From Terriglobia bacterium (lineage in GTDB: Bacteria; Acidobacteriota; Terriglobia; 20CM-2-55-15), in assembly GCA_965218585.1 (NCBI GenBank), contig CBDCLE010000003.1:96001-160000 (forward strand): a stretch of 64,000 bases of DNA. Reading direction: 5' to 3'. Every line of letters begins with the position of its first letter. Within the stretch, counting starts at the first letter, position 1. Below, one piece after another: positions 32,685 through 41,703 of this stretch. Both the position numbers and the translations under genes were made by a program. The notes under the pieces are model-generated. The model did no database searches. It had not been told where the DNA came from and worked only from the letters and a program-made list of their open reading frames with translations.

Positions 32685-33065
32685 CCGTTTCCAGACTTCT
32701 GCCGACAGCGCGAGGCATTCGACCGCTCGTCGTCGGTGAGGCGTCGGAACGGTAGGGTCGAGGGTGAGGATCCGATACGCGGTTGGCACACAGCGCTTGC
32801 TGAAGGCCCATGTAATACTCTATCCCCCCTCGCACGACCTGGAAAAGCGATAGCCCTCGAGGCTCAGATAGAACCGTGGTCGGCAATCACGACCCCTTTG
32901 CGCTTTTCAGTTTCTCGAAACCACACCACGTTGTGATGAGTGATCGACTTCTCTGCGATGCCGGATCAACAGTTCGTCTCAACGGAGACAGGGGCTGGCT
33001 GCCACGACAGTGTTGGGTCCGGTGGTCCGCTCGGCGGGGACGTGTTTCTCTTGACAGCCCCTTCC
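32685..33065 (+). ncRNA. Candidate bridge/seek RNA region of the IS110
   Basis: ~380-nt non-coding arm after the transposase, with hairpins (e.g. GTCTC-AACG-GAGAC) and ATAGAACCG (32868-32876) identical to the right junction (33066-33074). Confidence 0.4.
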
Positions 33066-34877
33066 ATAGAACCGCGTATCTCCCTGTGCGTATTCGGCTT
33101 CGATGAGGCCATCCCTCCTCGCGCCGGTAGGGGCGAGGAAGACAAAGTCATCGATGTCGTAGTAGAAGAGATTGATCTCTCCCTGAAGGCGGTTCCTCCG
33201 GTGCCGCAGCGCGAAGTCAAAGCCGTGGCTTCGCTCCCTGCCCAGCGTCGGGTTTCCAATCTCGAAAGTCAGGTTCCCAACATGAGGACCGAAATTGTAA
33301 AGTTCTTCCATTGCCGGGGCCCGGAACGAGTCGGTGTAGTTGGCGACAAACGCCCCGCCGTCCCATAGGTCGAACCGCGCGCCTATACCGGCAGAGAAGC
33401 CCGTAAAGTCGATGTCCCGTGCCGCGGTGTTGCCGACCGGCTCGAAGTTGTTGTGTTCCAGGCGTCCCCCCAACTGCAGGCGGACCCGATCAAAACTCAG
33501 TTCTTCAAGCCCGAACACGGCGAACGCTTCTTGATCGACCGGAGGGGACAGAGCCTCTTCGCCCCTTGTTTCGAAGTCACGGGTCAGTCCCCAGAAACCG
33601 AAGCTGCCCGAGAGGTGATCGCCGCTTCCCTGAGTGAACACACCTCTGTAGACGAACTGTTGATTCTCAAACGTTGTGCCGATCTCCTGCACGCCGTCAT
33701 CGAAGATCTCCAGTTCGTCGTGATTCCAGTCCGAATAATTGAGCGAGAGTTCGAAAGAGTCGACGATCGACCCAAGGTTTCTCAGCCCCGTAGTCAGCCG
33801 GATTCCGTGCTGCCGGAACGCAACTTTCACAGCGTCCACAGCTTTCCCGGTTTCTCCTCCGCCTTCGAAAGTGTGCGCGAACGGAATGCCGTAGCGGCCG
33901 TCGTTACCCTGGTACCCAACGCTGGCAAATGCCTTTTCTCCGAACCAGCCGAGACCGACCGATCCATTGCTGATTCGGCTCATCGAGTTGTGGATCACGC
34001 CGATCGGGGTTTCGTAATCGTCCGTACGCTGCCCTCCGCCTCCCAACCACAGAAGCCATCCGCCAGCCCCGTACTCGGTCGTGAAACTGCCACCCGCCTG
34101 CTCGTTCGCCGAGCCCGCCGATGACGAGATCTGCCCGCGCAGGCCTTCGTAGGGTTGTTCCAGGAAGCTCTCGTGGGTGCTGATCGCATTGACGACGCCA
34201 CCGATGGTGTTGCTTCCGTACAGGAGCGTAGCCGGTCCCTTGACGACTTCAATGCGTTCGACGCTCCCCCCATCGATGGGTTCTCCGTGGTCGCCTGACT
34301 GCGACGCCAGCGACCCGATGCGCATTCCGTCCTGCATCACCAGTACGCGATCGCCATCGAACCCTCGAACCACCGGCCGGGAGTTGCCCGCTCCGAAGCT
34401 GCGCTTTCGGACGCCCAGTTCTCCATCGAGCATTTCTCCAAGAGATGTCGCCATCACCTCGGACAGATCGAACGAGTCCAAAGTTGTCACCGACGGGATT
34501 GCCTGGAACGTTGTTTCCTGGCGGCCCTGTGCCGTGACCGTGATTTCCTGACGCAGAGGAGAGATTCGCAGCCGGATGTCGAGTGTCGCCCTCGCGCCTC
34601 CGACCACTTCGACAAACTGCGTTTCCGAGTCGAGGGCCGACTGGAAGGCGAGGACCTCGTACACGCCCGCCGGTACGTCTTCAAATCGGTATTGACCGGT
34701 TTCGTCCGTTTCAGTCGTTACGCCCAGTTCCACCAGTAGCACAGTGGCCCGGTGGACAACTTCATCGGCCGAAAGCCTGACCCTTCCTTCAATGGATCCG
34801 GATTCTTGTGCCCAGCCCGGCCCGGGCACAGTTACCAACACGAAAAGGGCCACTAATGGAAAGTAAAAACGCTTCAC
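33064..34877 (-). pseudogene. TonB-dependent receptor (ZnuD-like metal uptake) with N-terminal carboxypeptidase-regulatory-like domain, 3'-truncated at the IS110
   Basis: SD GGAGG plus GTG 34877; signal peptide; EITVTA TonB box; SRPVVRGFDGDRV, DHG and IEVVKGPATLLYG plug motifs. The barrel stops at QGDTRFYG and reads into the IS; no terminal Phe strand. Confidence 0.85.
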
Positions 34878-34881
34878 CGGT

Positions 34882-34950
34882 TCCTCCGCAGACATTGACG
34901 CTATCTGCGACCGAACGAATCAGATTTTTTCTTTGAAACAGTCGGAGGAG
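34882..34950 (-). promoter_or_regulatory. Anti-SD/SD pairing between the uORF stop and the receptor RBS
   Basis: mRNA UCCUCCG (34949-34943) complements CGGAGGA (34888-34882); internal hairpin CGCAGAUA/UGUCUGCG (34909-34887) overlaps the SD edge. Confidence 0.55.
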
Positions 34951-35292
34951 TCAGGCCCTTGGCGGGCCCCGGCCTAAGACGTTGGAGGCGTAACTGGTGA
35001 TCAGTGTGTCGGAAAAGGAGGCCTTGGTTGCACATGCCTGGCTATTGGCAGAACTGGAACTCAAAAGCCTGAACTGTGCGAAGGCGCTCGAATGCGGGCA
35101 TGCATGGGAAGCGTGTCCATCAACGCGGTTGTAGGATGCGTGGACGACTTCTCCCGTGCCGCTGTGCTGATGCGATGCGGAAAAGTCCTCCTCGAGGGGA
35201 TGGAACACTTCCAGCGCCCACTGGAAACTGAATCCAAGAAGGAGAGGCAATAGCAGAAGAGCTATTATTTTCTTATGGTCACGCCTCAGCAT
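34951..35292 (-). CDS. His-rich DUF2946/CruR-like leader protein with C-terminal RGPP motif (113 aa)
   Basis: Basic N-terminus plus hydrophobic segment, 7 His in residues 31-67 including HxxHxCPH, ends LGRGPPRA*; immediately upstream of the TonB receptor. Confidence 0.7.
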   Translation of the reverse strand: MLRRDHKKIIALLLLPLLLGFSFQWALEVFHPLEEDFSASHQHSGTGEVVHASYNRVDGHASHACPHSSAFAQFRLLSSSSANSQACATKASFSDTLITSYASNVLGRGPPRA

Positions 35293-35396
35293 TGTTATTA
35301 GAAAGTATACGGAAATCCCGTATTGAACAGTATGTTTTGTTACAGAGTGGTGTCGGTCTGCGGAGGGCAATGCTCGGGGTAAGAATCGGCTGAAAG

Positions 35397-35433
35397 CTAA
35401 AGAAGGCATGGCGGCTGGGCCACCATGCCTTCG
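35397..35433 (-). terminator. Intrinsic terminator of the RRM gene
   Basis: GAAGGCATGGTG-loop-CGCCATGCCTTC followed by TTT on the minus strand. Confidence 0.75.
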
Positions 35434-35447
35434 ATTCGGAAACGATT

Positions 35448-35756
35448 TTAGTACCGGCCGTATCCGCCACGGCCGCCGCCACCGCCGCGGCCACCGCCAC
35501 CGCCTCTGTCTACCTGAGGCCGAGCCTCGTTGACAGTCAGGGGGCGTCCTTCAAGATCTTTTCCGTTAAATTCGTTGATCGCCTTTTCGGCCTCTTCGTC
35601 ACCCATTTCAATGAAGCCGAAGCCTCGTGACCGTCCTGTGTCGCGGTCGGTGATGATTCGGACTGATTCTACGGCTCCAACTTGACCGAACATGTCGGAG
35701 AGGTCGTCTTCCGTCGTCTGGAAGGGCAGGTTTCCAACGTACAGTTTCTTTGTCAT
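35448..35756 (-). CDS. RRM RNA-binding protein with Gly-rich tail
   Basis: RNP2 LYVGNL, RNP1 RGFGFIEM, GGGRGG tail; SD AAGGA. Confidence 0.95.
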   Translation of the reverse strand: MTKKLYVGNLPFQTTEDDLSDMFGQVGAVESVRIITDRDTGRSRGFGFIEMGDEEAEKAINEFNGKDLEGRPLTVNEARPQVDRGGGGGRGGGGGRGGYGRY

Positions 35757-36080
35757 GCTTTTTCCTTGAGGTTAGCTGTAGGGAACTTCCAGGGCTTTGC
35801 GGGAAAGACTATGGTCAACTTGCAGAATCCAACTACTTTCCGAACAGAGGCACGGGGGCTCCAAAACAGGGATTATCATCAATTACTTACACGTTCAGTA
35901 TAGGGGTACTTACGCTCGTGTCAATTGTTTGTGACCTCCCGGGATTATTCATTTAAGGGGACATAGTGCTCAATCCCCGCATCGATCTTTTGAGACCTCG
36001 CCACTGGGAATTCGGGGAGTCCCCCTAATTCCCCCCACGATTCGCCGCGTTAATCGCGGCTCTGAGGGCAAGAATCGCTC

Positions 36081-36110
36081 TTGACAAGGGGCCCGTCACG
36101 AGGCGAGAAT
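36081..36110 (+). promoter_or_regulatory. Sigma70-type promoter
   Basis: TTGACA-N18-GAGAAT, pointing toward the porin/ApbE operon. Confidence 0.6.
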
Positions 36111-36119
36111 CAAATTCAT

Positions 36120-36146
36120 AATTGAAAATGATTTTCACTTTCAATT
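36120..36146. promoter_or_regulatory. Fur-family operator
   Basis: AATTGAAAATGATTTTCACTTTCAATT dyad; perfect 7-1-7 TGAAAAT-G-ATTTTCA at 36123-36137 plus a second overlapping 7-1-7 offset by 6 nt, just downstream of the -10. Confidence 0.75.
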
Positions 36147-36170
36147 AGTATTTCGAGTCTAATTGGGTAG

Positions 36171-37636
36171 TACTACTATGTTACAAACGGTCTATTTTAT
36201 GTTAGCATCCGGTCATGAGCGCCAAATCGAAGGCGCCAGGCACTCAGGAAAAACGTTTTGCGGCCTATTTGGAACGCCTGGCGTCGGCCGCAGGACACGC
36301 CGATCGTCATGAACCGTTGAAGTCGTACTGCACCGGGTTGTTGCTGCCGATCAAACGTAAGAGTGTGGAGCCGATGGCTGCACGATTGGCTCCGGATAAT
36401 GTACGCCGAATGCACCAGTCGCTACATCATCTGGTCGCGGATGCGCCCTGGGACGATGCGGCTCTGTTGGCAGAAGTTCGACAGTACGCGCTGGGGGCGA
36501 TGGAAGCCAACGGTCCGATTGAAGCCTGGATTGTCGACGACACCGGATTCGTGAAAAAGGGGACCCACTCGGTGGGTGTGGCCCGGCAATACTGTGGACA
36601 GGTCGGCAAACCAGAACTGCCGGGTGGCGGTGAGCCTGTCGGTGGCGACAGCGAAATCCAGCTTGCCGGTGGCATGGCGACTCTACCTCCCCGAGACCTG
36701 GGCGAAGGATCCGGAACGTCGAAGCAAAGCCGCTATTCCCGAAGACGTTCGATTTCAAACTAAACCTCAAATTGCTTTGGAACAAATCCGGCAGGCCGTC
36801 GATGACGGCATTGCTCCGACACCGGTTCTGGGCGATACGGCCTACGGCAACAACTACAAGTTCCGGCACGGCATCACCGAACTCGGACTTAGCTACGTCC
36901 TAGGGGTGCAAGGCACCACGACCGTGTGGAAACCGGGCCAGGGTCCCTTGCCGCCGAAATCCTTGACCGGCCGCGGACGGACACCGACCCGCATGCAGCG
37001 CAACAAGAAACATCAACCGGTTTCGGTCAAGCAACTGGCCCTCTCGTTGTCTCCCCAGCGTTGGAAGAACGTCTCCTGGCGCGAAGGCACCTCCGAGACC
37101 CTGCGTTCCCGTTTCGCCGCAGTTCGCATTCGTCCCGCTCATCTGGATCACGAGCGCCACTCGCCGCATCCGAAAGAGTGGTTGTTGGTCGAGTGGCCCA
37201 AGACCGCATCCGAACCGATCCGGTACTGGCTCTCCACTCTTGGGGCCCATACCTCGCTTTCCGATCTGGCCGGTCAGGCCAAACAGCGCTGGATCATCGA
37301 ACGCGACTATCAGGAACTCAAGCAGGAACTCGGTCTGGGACACTACGAAGGTCGCGGCTGGCGTGGATTTCACCATCATGGCACCTTATGTATTGCCTCT
37401 TATGGGTTCCTGGTCGCCGAGCGGAGCCGTTTTTCCCCCTCTGCATTTGTCGAGCATGTTGGACTATCCGTCCCCAAACTCCCCAAACACTTCAAACCCC
37501 GCGGAACCCCGGATCCGGCCCGAACGACATAACCCCTGCTCGATTGCCACGCTTCGCATTCGCATCGCCCGCTTCCTGATTCAGCAGCTTCCTCGTTGTC
37601 CGTTCTGTGGACCGCTTCGTTTGTAACACAGTAGTA
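36171..37636 (+). mobile_element. IS701-family insertion sequence
   Basis: 19-bp IRs TACTACT(A/G)TGTTACAAACG; 4-bp GTAG duplication at 36167-36170 and 37637-37640. Confidence 0.9.
36215..37532 (+). pseudogene. IS701 DDE transposase, frameshifted at ~36611
   Basis: RKSVEPMA, IVDDTGF.KKG.HSVGVARQYCG then a frame change to NCRVAVSLS; later GDTAYG and RW.IE..YQELKQELGL. Confidence 0.85.
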
Positions 37637-37836
37637 GTAGGTAAGCCATCGTAATCAACAGATTGTGAGCGTTCCCAAGAGGTAGGGTGGGACGCGCCGG
37701 ATGGTCCCGGCGCATCCCTGGCGTAAAACTGTGCTGTTCGTTGCTAAACACCGGTTGCAGTATAAGTTCCGTCGCTCGGACGAGTCAACTCATCCTGCCC
37801 CCTGGTTCGATAACCACGCTGAGGTGAGGGGTCGAG

Positions 37837-39150
37837 ATGAGAAGTAAAGCGGTACAGAGAATTGTTGGAGCGATCGTTCTTGGTCTCGTGTCGAGTGTGA
37901 TGGCGATGGCATCTCCGGCACCAGCTGCCCAAAGGTCTGCGGCAGAGATCGAGGCCCGGATCGAGGAACTGAGTCGCCAGGTACAGGTATTGGCGGCCGA
38001 GATGGAGCGGCTTCGCAGCGGCGAATCTGATGTCGAAATCGAAGTTTCAGACGACGAGGCGAGGCAACTCGGCCTCGGGAGTGCTGCGGCTTCGGTTTAC
38101 CGGCAAGACCAGGGCGTTTCCATTGCCGGTTACGGCGAGATGCTCTATGAGAACTTCGCCAACAAGAATGAAAGCGGTGCCAGTGTAAATAAAGGGACCC
38201 AACGGGATTTTCTGAGGGCCGTCACTTATTTCGGTTACCGCTTTAACGACAAGTTTCTATTCAACTCGGAAATCGAAGTTGAGCATGCGAATGAAATCGG
38301 CGTCGAATTTGCTTATGTCGACTACCTGGCACATCCCGCACTCACGTTGCGCGGGGGTTTATTGCTGATTCCTATGGGATTGACCAACGAGTTTCATGAA
38401 CCGAACGCCTTCCTCAGTGCAAGGCGCACGGAGACCGAGAGCCGACTTTTGCCATCCACTTGGAGAGAGAACGGGTTTGGTGTCGTGGGCAGGGCTGGAA
38501 AGTTCAACTATCGGGCCTACGTCGTGAACGGCCTGGATGCAGGCGGTTTCAGCGCGAACGGTCTTCGCGGTGGCCGTCAGAAGGGATCGAAGTCGCAGTT
38601 CACAGATGCCGCCTTCGCGGGCCGGCTGGATGTGACGCCTGTTCCCGGCGTTTTCATTGGCGGGTCCTTCTATACGGGAGATTCGAACCAGGGACAGTTC
38701 TCCTCTAGCGGGGAAAGCTTTTCAGTCCGTACTCGGATGGTGGAAGTCCATGGGCAGGCGCAGTTGAGGGGATTCGATTTTCGTGGCTTGTATGCGCGTT
38801 CGGTTATAGACAATGCCGACCTGCTGAACAATGCACGGTCTCTCACAGGTACGAGCGGTGTGGGCGAGGTCCAGGAGGGCGGTTATTTGCAGTTCGGCTA
38901 CAACCTTTTTTCTCAGGTTCGGCCGGATGTCGCCCTGACGCCTTTTTACAGATTCGAATCGCTGGATACTCAGGCTCGCGTTGCCTCAGGGTCCTTGAAG
39001 GACGCGACCATGGATCGCGTGTTTCACACACTGGGTCTTTCGTTTGCCCCTATTCAGAACGTTGTCGTGAAAGCAGATTACCAGTTTGTGGCCAACGACG
39101 GTACGAGCGGAGTCGATCAGTTCAATGTCGCGCTTGGATATAGCTTCTAG
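37837..39150 (+). CDS. Outer-membrane porin-like beta-barrel with N-terminal coiled coil
   Basis: Signal peptide, coiled coil, SIAGYGE, NSEIEVEH..EFAYVDY, NEFHEP, LRGGRQKG, terminal YSF. Confidence 0.8.
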   Translation: MRSKAVQRIVGAIVLGLVSSVMAMASPAPAAQRSAAEIEARIEELSRQVQVLAAEMERLRSGESDVEIEVSDDEARQLGLGSAAASVYRQDQGVSIAGYGEMLYENFANKNESGASVNKGTQRDFLRAVTYFGYRFNDKFLFNSEIEVEHANEIGVEFAYVDYLAHPALTLRGGLLLIPMGLTNEFHEPNAFLSARRTETESRLLPSTWRENGFGVVGRAGKFNYRAYVVNGLDAGGFSANGLRGGRQKGSKSQFTDAAFAGRLDVTPVPGVFIGGSFYTGDSNQGQFSSSGESFSVRTRMVEVHGQAQLRGFDFRGLYARSVIDNADLLNNARSLTGTSGVGEVQEGGYLQFGYNLFSQVRPDVALTPFYRFESLDTQARVASGSLKDATMDRVFHTLGLSFAPIQNVVVKADYQFVANDGTSGVDQFNVALGYSF

Positions 39151-39661
39151 CCTTTCGTTGGCGCTGGTGTTTGGTTTTTCCCTCACCGGTATTGCAGAGG
39201 CGCAGACGACACGGGAGGAAGCACTTGCACAGGCTTTTCCCGGAGCCGACATCCGCGCTGAACGTGTCTTCCTGACCCAAGCCCAGCGAAGCGCGGCCGA
39301 AACAGAGTCTGGGGTAGAGGTCCCGTCTTTGCTGATTGCCCGATACGTTGCAACAGAAGGCGGAGATTCGGTGGGCAGTGCGTATGTGGATACCCATGTC
39401 GTGAGAACCAAGAATGAAAGCCTGCTGGTCAGCCTGGACACCGAGGGACAGGTGAAGCGGATAGAAGTCACAGCTTTCCTGGAGCCTCCCGATTATATGG
39501 CGCCTAGCGCCTGGCTGGCCCAATACGAAGGACAGGTCCTCACCGAGGAACTGAATTTGAACCGGACCATCCGGCCTATAGCCGGCGCGACTTTGACGGC
39601 GATCGCAACGACCGAGGCGGTTCGACGAGTTTTAGCCATCGATCGAGTTTTGAACCAATAG
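39125..39661 (+). CDS. Periplasmic FMN-binding-domain protein (ApbE substrate candidate)
   Basis: Signal peptide; F.EP..Y...WL.Q..G and IAGATLT flavinylation-type motif. Confidence 0.78.
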   Translation: MSRLDIASSLSLALVFGFSLTGIAEAQTTREEALAQAFPGADIRAERVFLTQAQRSAAETESGVEVPSLLIARYVATEGGDSVGSAYVDTHVVRTKNESLLVSLDTEGQVKRIEVTAFLEPPDYMAPSAWLAQYEGQVLTEELNLNRTIRPIAGATLTAIATTEAVRRVLAIDRVLNQ

Positions 39662-40022
39662 ATCTGAGAAAATACGATGAGACCCTGGGAGATCTGGTTG
39701 TCCCACATTTCTACGCTTCTGGTAACGGTGAGCGGAGTGGCTTATCTCTGGATGAAATACTTCATGGAGACCGCCGATCCCTTTGCCATCGTCAATCATC
39801 CGTGGCAGTCCGCGATGCTCAGCCTGCACGTTCTGGTGGCTCCCGCCCTGGTGTTCGTTGTCGGGCTCATGGTTCAGTCCCACATCCAGAAGAAGCTTCG
39901 GAGCGGTACGAATTCGAATCGCAGTTCGGGTCTTGTCTCGATGGTCACGATGCCGGTGATGATCGCTTCGGGATACATGCTGCAGGTCGTGACTGCGCCT
40001 CTATTGGCAAGTATCACGCTAG

Positions 40023-41572
40023 GAGCCTGCGCCGTAGGAAGTGAATGAGATAATAGTGTCGCAGTTAGGAGGAGAATGCGATGCCGACGACGTTTCGCCC
40101 GTACCAGCCGGAGCAGGGGTTGCTGCTGGCGCCGGATATACGGGATTGGTTGCCGGAGGGGCACTTGGCACACCATGTGAGCGATCTGGTGGACGGATTG
40201 GACTTGACGGCGTTTTACGCGCCTTACGAGGGGGACGGTCGTCGCAAGTCGCCGTATGAGCCGCGGATGATGGCGAAGGTGCTGATCTACGGGTACGCGA
40301 CGGGGGTGTTTTCGTCCCGAGGGCTGGCGCGGAAGCTGGAGGAGGACGTGGCATTTCGGGTGTTGGCGGCGGGGAATTTTCCGAGCCATCGGACGATTTG
40401 CGAGTTTCGCCGGCGTCATTTGTCGGATTTCAAGGCGCTGTTTGTGGAGGTGGTCGGTCTGGCGCGCGAGACCGGGGTTGGGAACTTCGGCAAGTTGTCG
40501 ATCGACGGGACGAAGGTTCGAGCCAATGCCAGCAAGCGCAAGGCGATGAGTTACGGTCGGATGCAGGAGGAGGAGCGGCGCCTGGAGGGCGAGATCGAAG
40601 CGTTGCTGTCGCGCGCGCGGGAGACCGATGCGGCGGAGGACGCGCGTTTCGGGGAGGCGCATCGCGGCGATGAGTTACCCGAGGAGTTGCGCCGCCGGGA
40701 GGATCGGCTGGCGGCGATCCGGGCGGCCAGGGCGCGATTGGAGGCCAGGCAACGGGAGGCCGACGAGGCGCGGGGACGCGAGCCCGGTTCGAAGCGCAAC
40801 CGGAAGAGCGGGCGGCCCTACAAGCGGGAATACGGCGAGCCGGACGAGAAGGCGCAGGACAACTTCACCGATCCCGAAAGCCGGATCATGAAGACCTCAT
40901 CGGAGGGTTTTCAGCAGTGCTACAACGCGCAGGTGGCGGTGGAGGGAGAGAAGCAGTTGATCGTCGCCACCGAGGTGTCGTCGAACGCCAGCGACCAGGG
41001 TCGGCTGGTCCCGTTGGTGGACGAGGTGGAGGCCACCCATGGGGAACGGCCCGAGACGGTGCTGGCGGATGCGGGCTACTGCAACGAGGACGACCTGGAG
41101 GCGCTGGAGGCGCGCGGCGTGGACGGCTATGTGGCCTTGGGCCGGGAGGGCCGGCGCGCGGTCGCGGTAGACGCCGCCAGGCATCCGGCGAAGGCCCGCA
41201 TGGCCGAGAAGCTGTCGATGGAGGCGGGACGGGTGCAGTACGCCCAGCGCAAATGGCTGTCGGAGGCGCCCAACGGGTGGATCAAGGAGGTGCTCGGCTT
41301 CCGCCGATTCAGCCTGCGCGGCCTGAACAAGGTCCAGGGCGAGTGGAACTTGGTGTGTCTGGCATTGAACGTCAAGCGGATGCAGGGGCTTCAGGCAGCC
41401 TGATGACAGGGATACCGCCCGCAAATCAGGCCGAACGAGGGTCGATTCAAGCACCCGTGGCGCACCCATCGGCGCCTCGTCGTCCAAAACGCCCATTCCC
41501 CGGTCACCGATACCGATCAATCGCCATATCGCGAAATTCGCCGAGTCGAAAATCGTCCTACGGCGCAGGCTC
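40023..41572 (+). mobile_element. IS1182-family insertion sequence, apparently intact
   Basis: Perfect IRs GAGCCTGCGCCGTAGGA; CTAG duplication at 40019-40022 and 41573-41576. Confidence 0.93.
40081..41403 (+). CDS. IS1182 transposase
   Basis: WLPEGHLA, SIDGTKVRANAS, NFTDPESRIM, YNAQ and LADAGY motifs. Confidence 0.95.
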   Translation: MPTTFRPYQPEQGLLLAPDIRDWLPEGHLAHHVSDLVDGLDLTAFYAPYEGDGRRKSPYEPRMMAKVLIYGYATGVFSSRGLARKLEEDVAFRVLAAGNFPSHRTICEFRRRHLSDFKALFVEVVGLARETGVGNFGKLSIDGTKVRANASKRKAMSYGRMQEEERRLEGEIEALLSRARETDAAEDARFGEAHRGDELPEELRRREDRLAAIRAARARLEARQREADEARGREPGSKRNRKSGRPYKREYGEPDEKAQDNFTDPESRIMKTSSEGFQQCYNAQVAVEGEKQLIVATEVSSNASDQGRLVPLVDEVEATHGERPETVLADAGYCNEDDLEALEARGVDGYVALGREGRRAVAVDAARHPAKARMAEKLSMEAGRVQYAQRKWLSEAPNGWIKEVLGFRRFSLRGLNKVQGEWNLVCLALNVKRMQGLQAA

Positions 41573-41703
41573 CTAGGGCTTCATCTGGTGTCCTCTTCGA
41601 TCTTTGTGACTACCTACCTCGCCCATCAGGTCGTCAGCTACCGACTTGCCAGACGGTCGGAGCTTGGGGGCCAACCCGGAGTTTTTGCCTGAAAACAGGT
41701 CGC

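Larger units (their letters stand above)
31496..33070 (+). mobile_element. IS110-family insertion sequence (ends approximate)
   Basis: DEDD transposase; no terminal IRs; TTGACA at 33051-33056 near the right end; truncates the TonB receptor at ~33064-33070. Confidence 0.75.
39677..41692 (+). pseudogene. Four-TM His-containing (cytochrome b-like) membrane protein split by IS1182
   Basis: Removing the IS and one CTAG restores ...ASITLGLHLVSSSIFVTTYLAHQVV...GVFA* (153 aa), with His in or next to the TM helices (SH, LH, SH, LH, AH). Confidence 0.8.

Noticed and set aside
32983-32990. CGGAGACA match between the IS110 arm and the left junction (31493-31500) as a second guide
   Set aside because: Only 8 nt and mostly buried in the GTCTC/GAGAC stem; likely chance
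35326-35346. Zur-like box upstream of the RGPP uORF (TGTAACAAAACATAC)
   Set aside because: Poor dyad symmetry; cannot be supported
35460-35505. GCC/CCG tandem-like repeats
   Set aside because: They encode the Gly/Arg tail of the RRM protein
35955-36040. GGGGACA.../GGGAATT..AATTCCCC palindromic stretch (similar GGGGACAG at ~56868) as a repeat family
   Set aside because: Too short and degenerate to define from two partial instances
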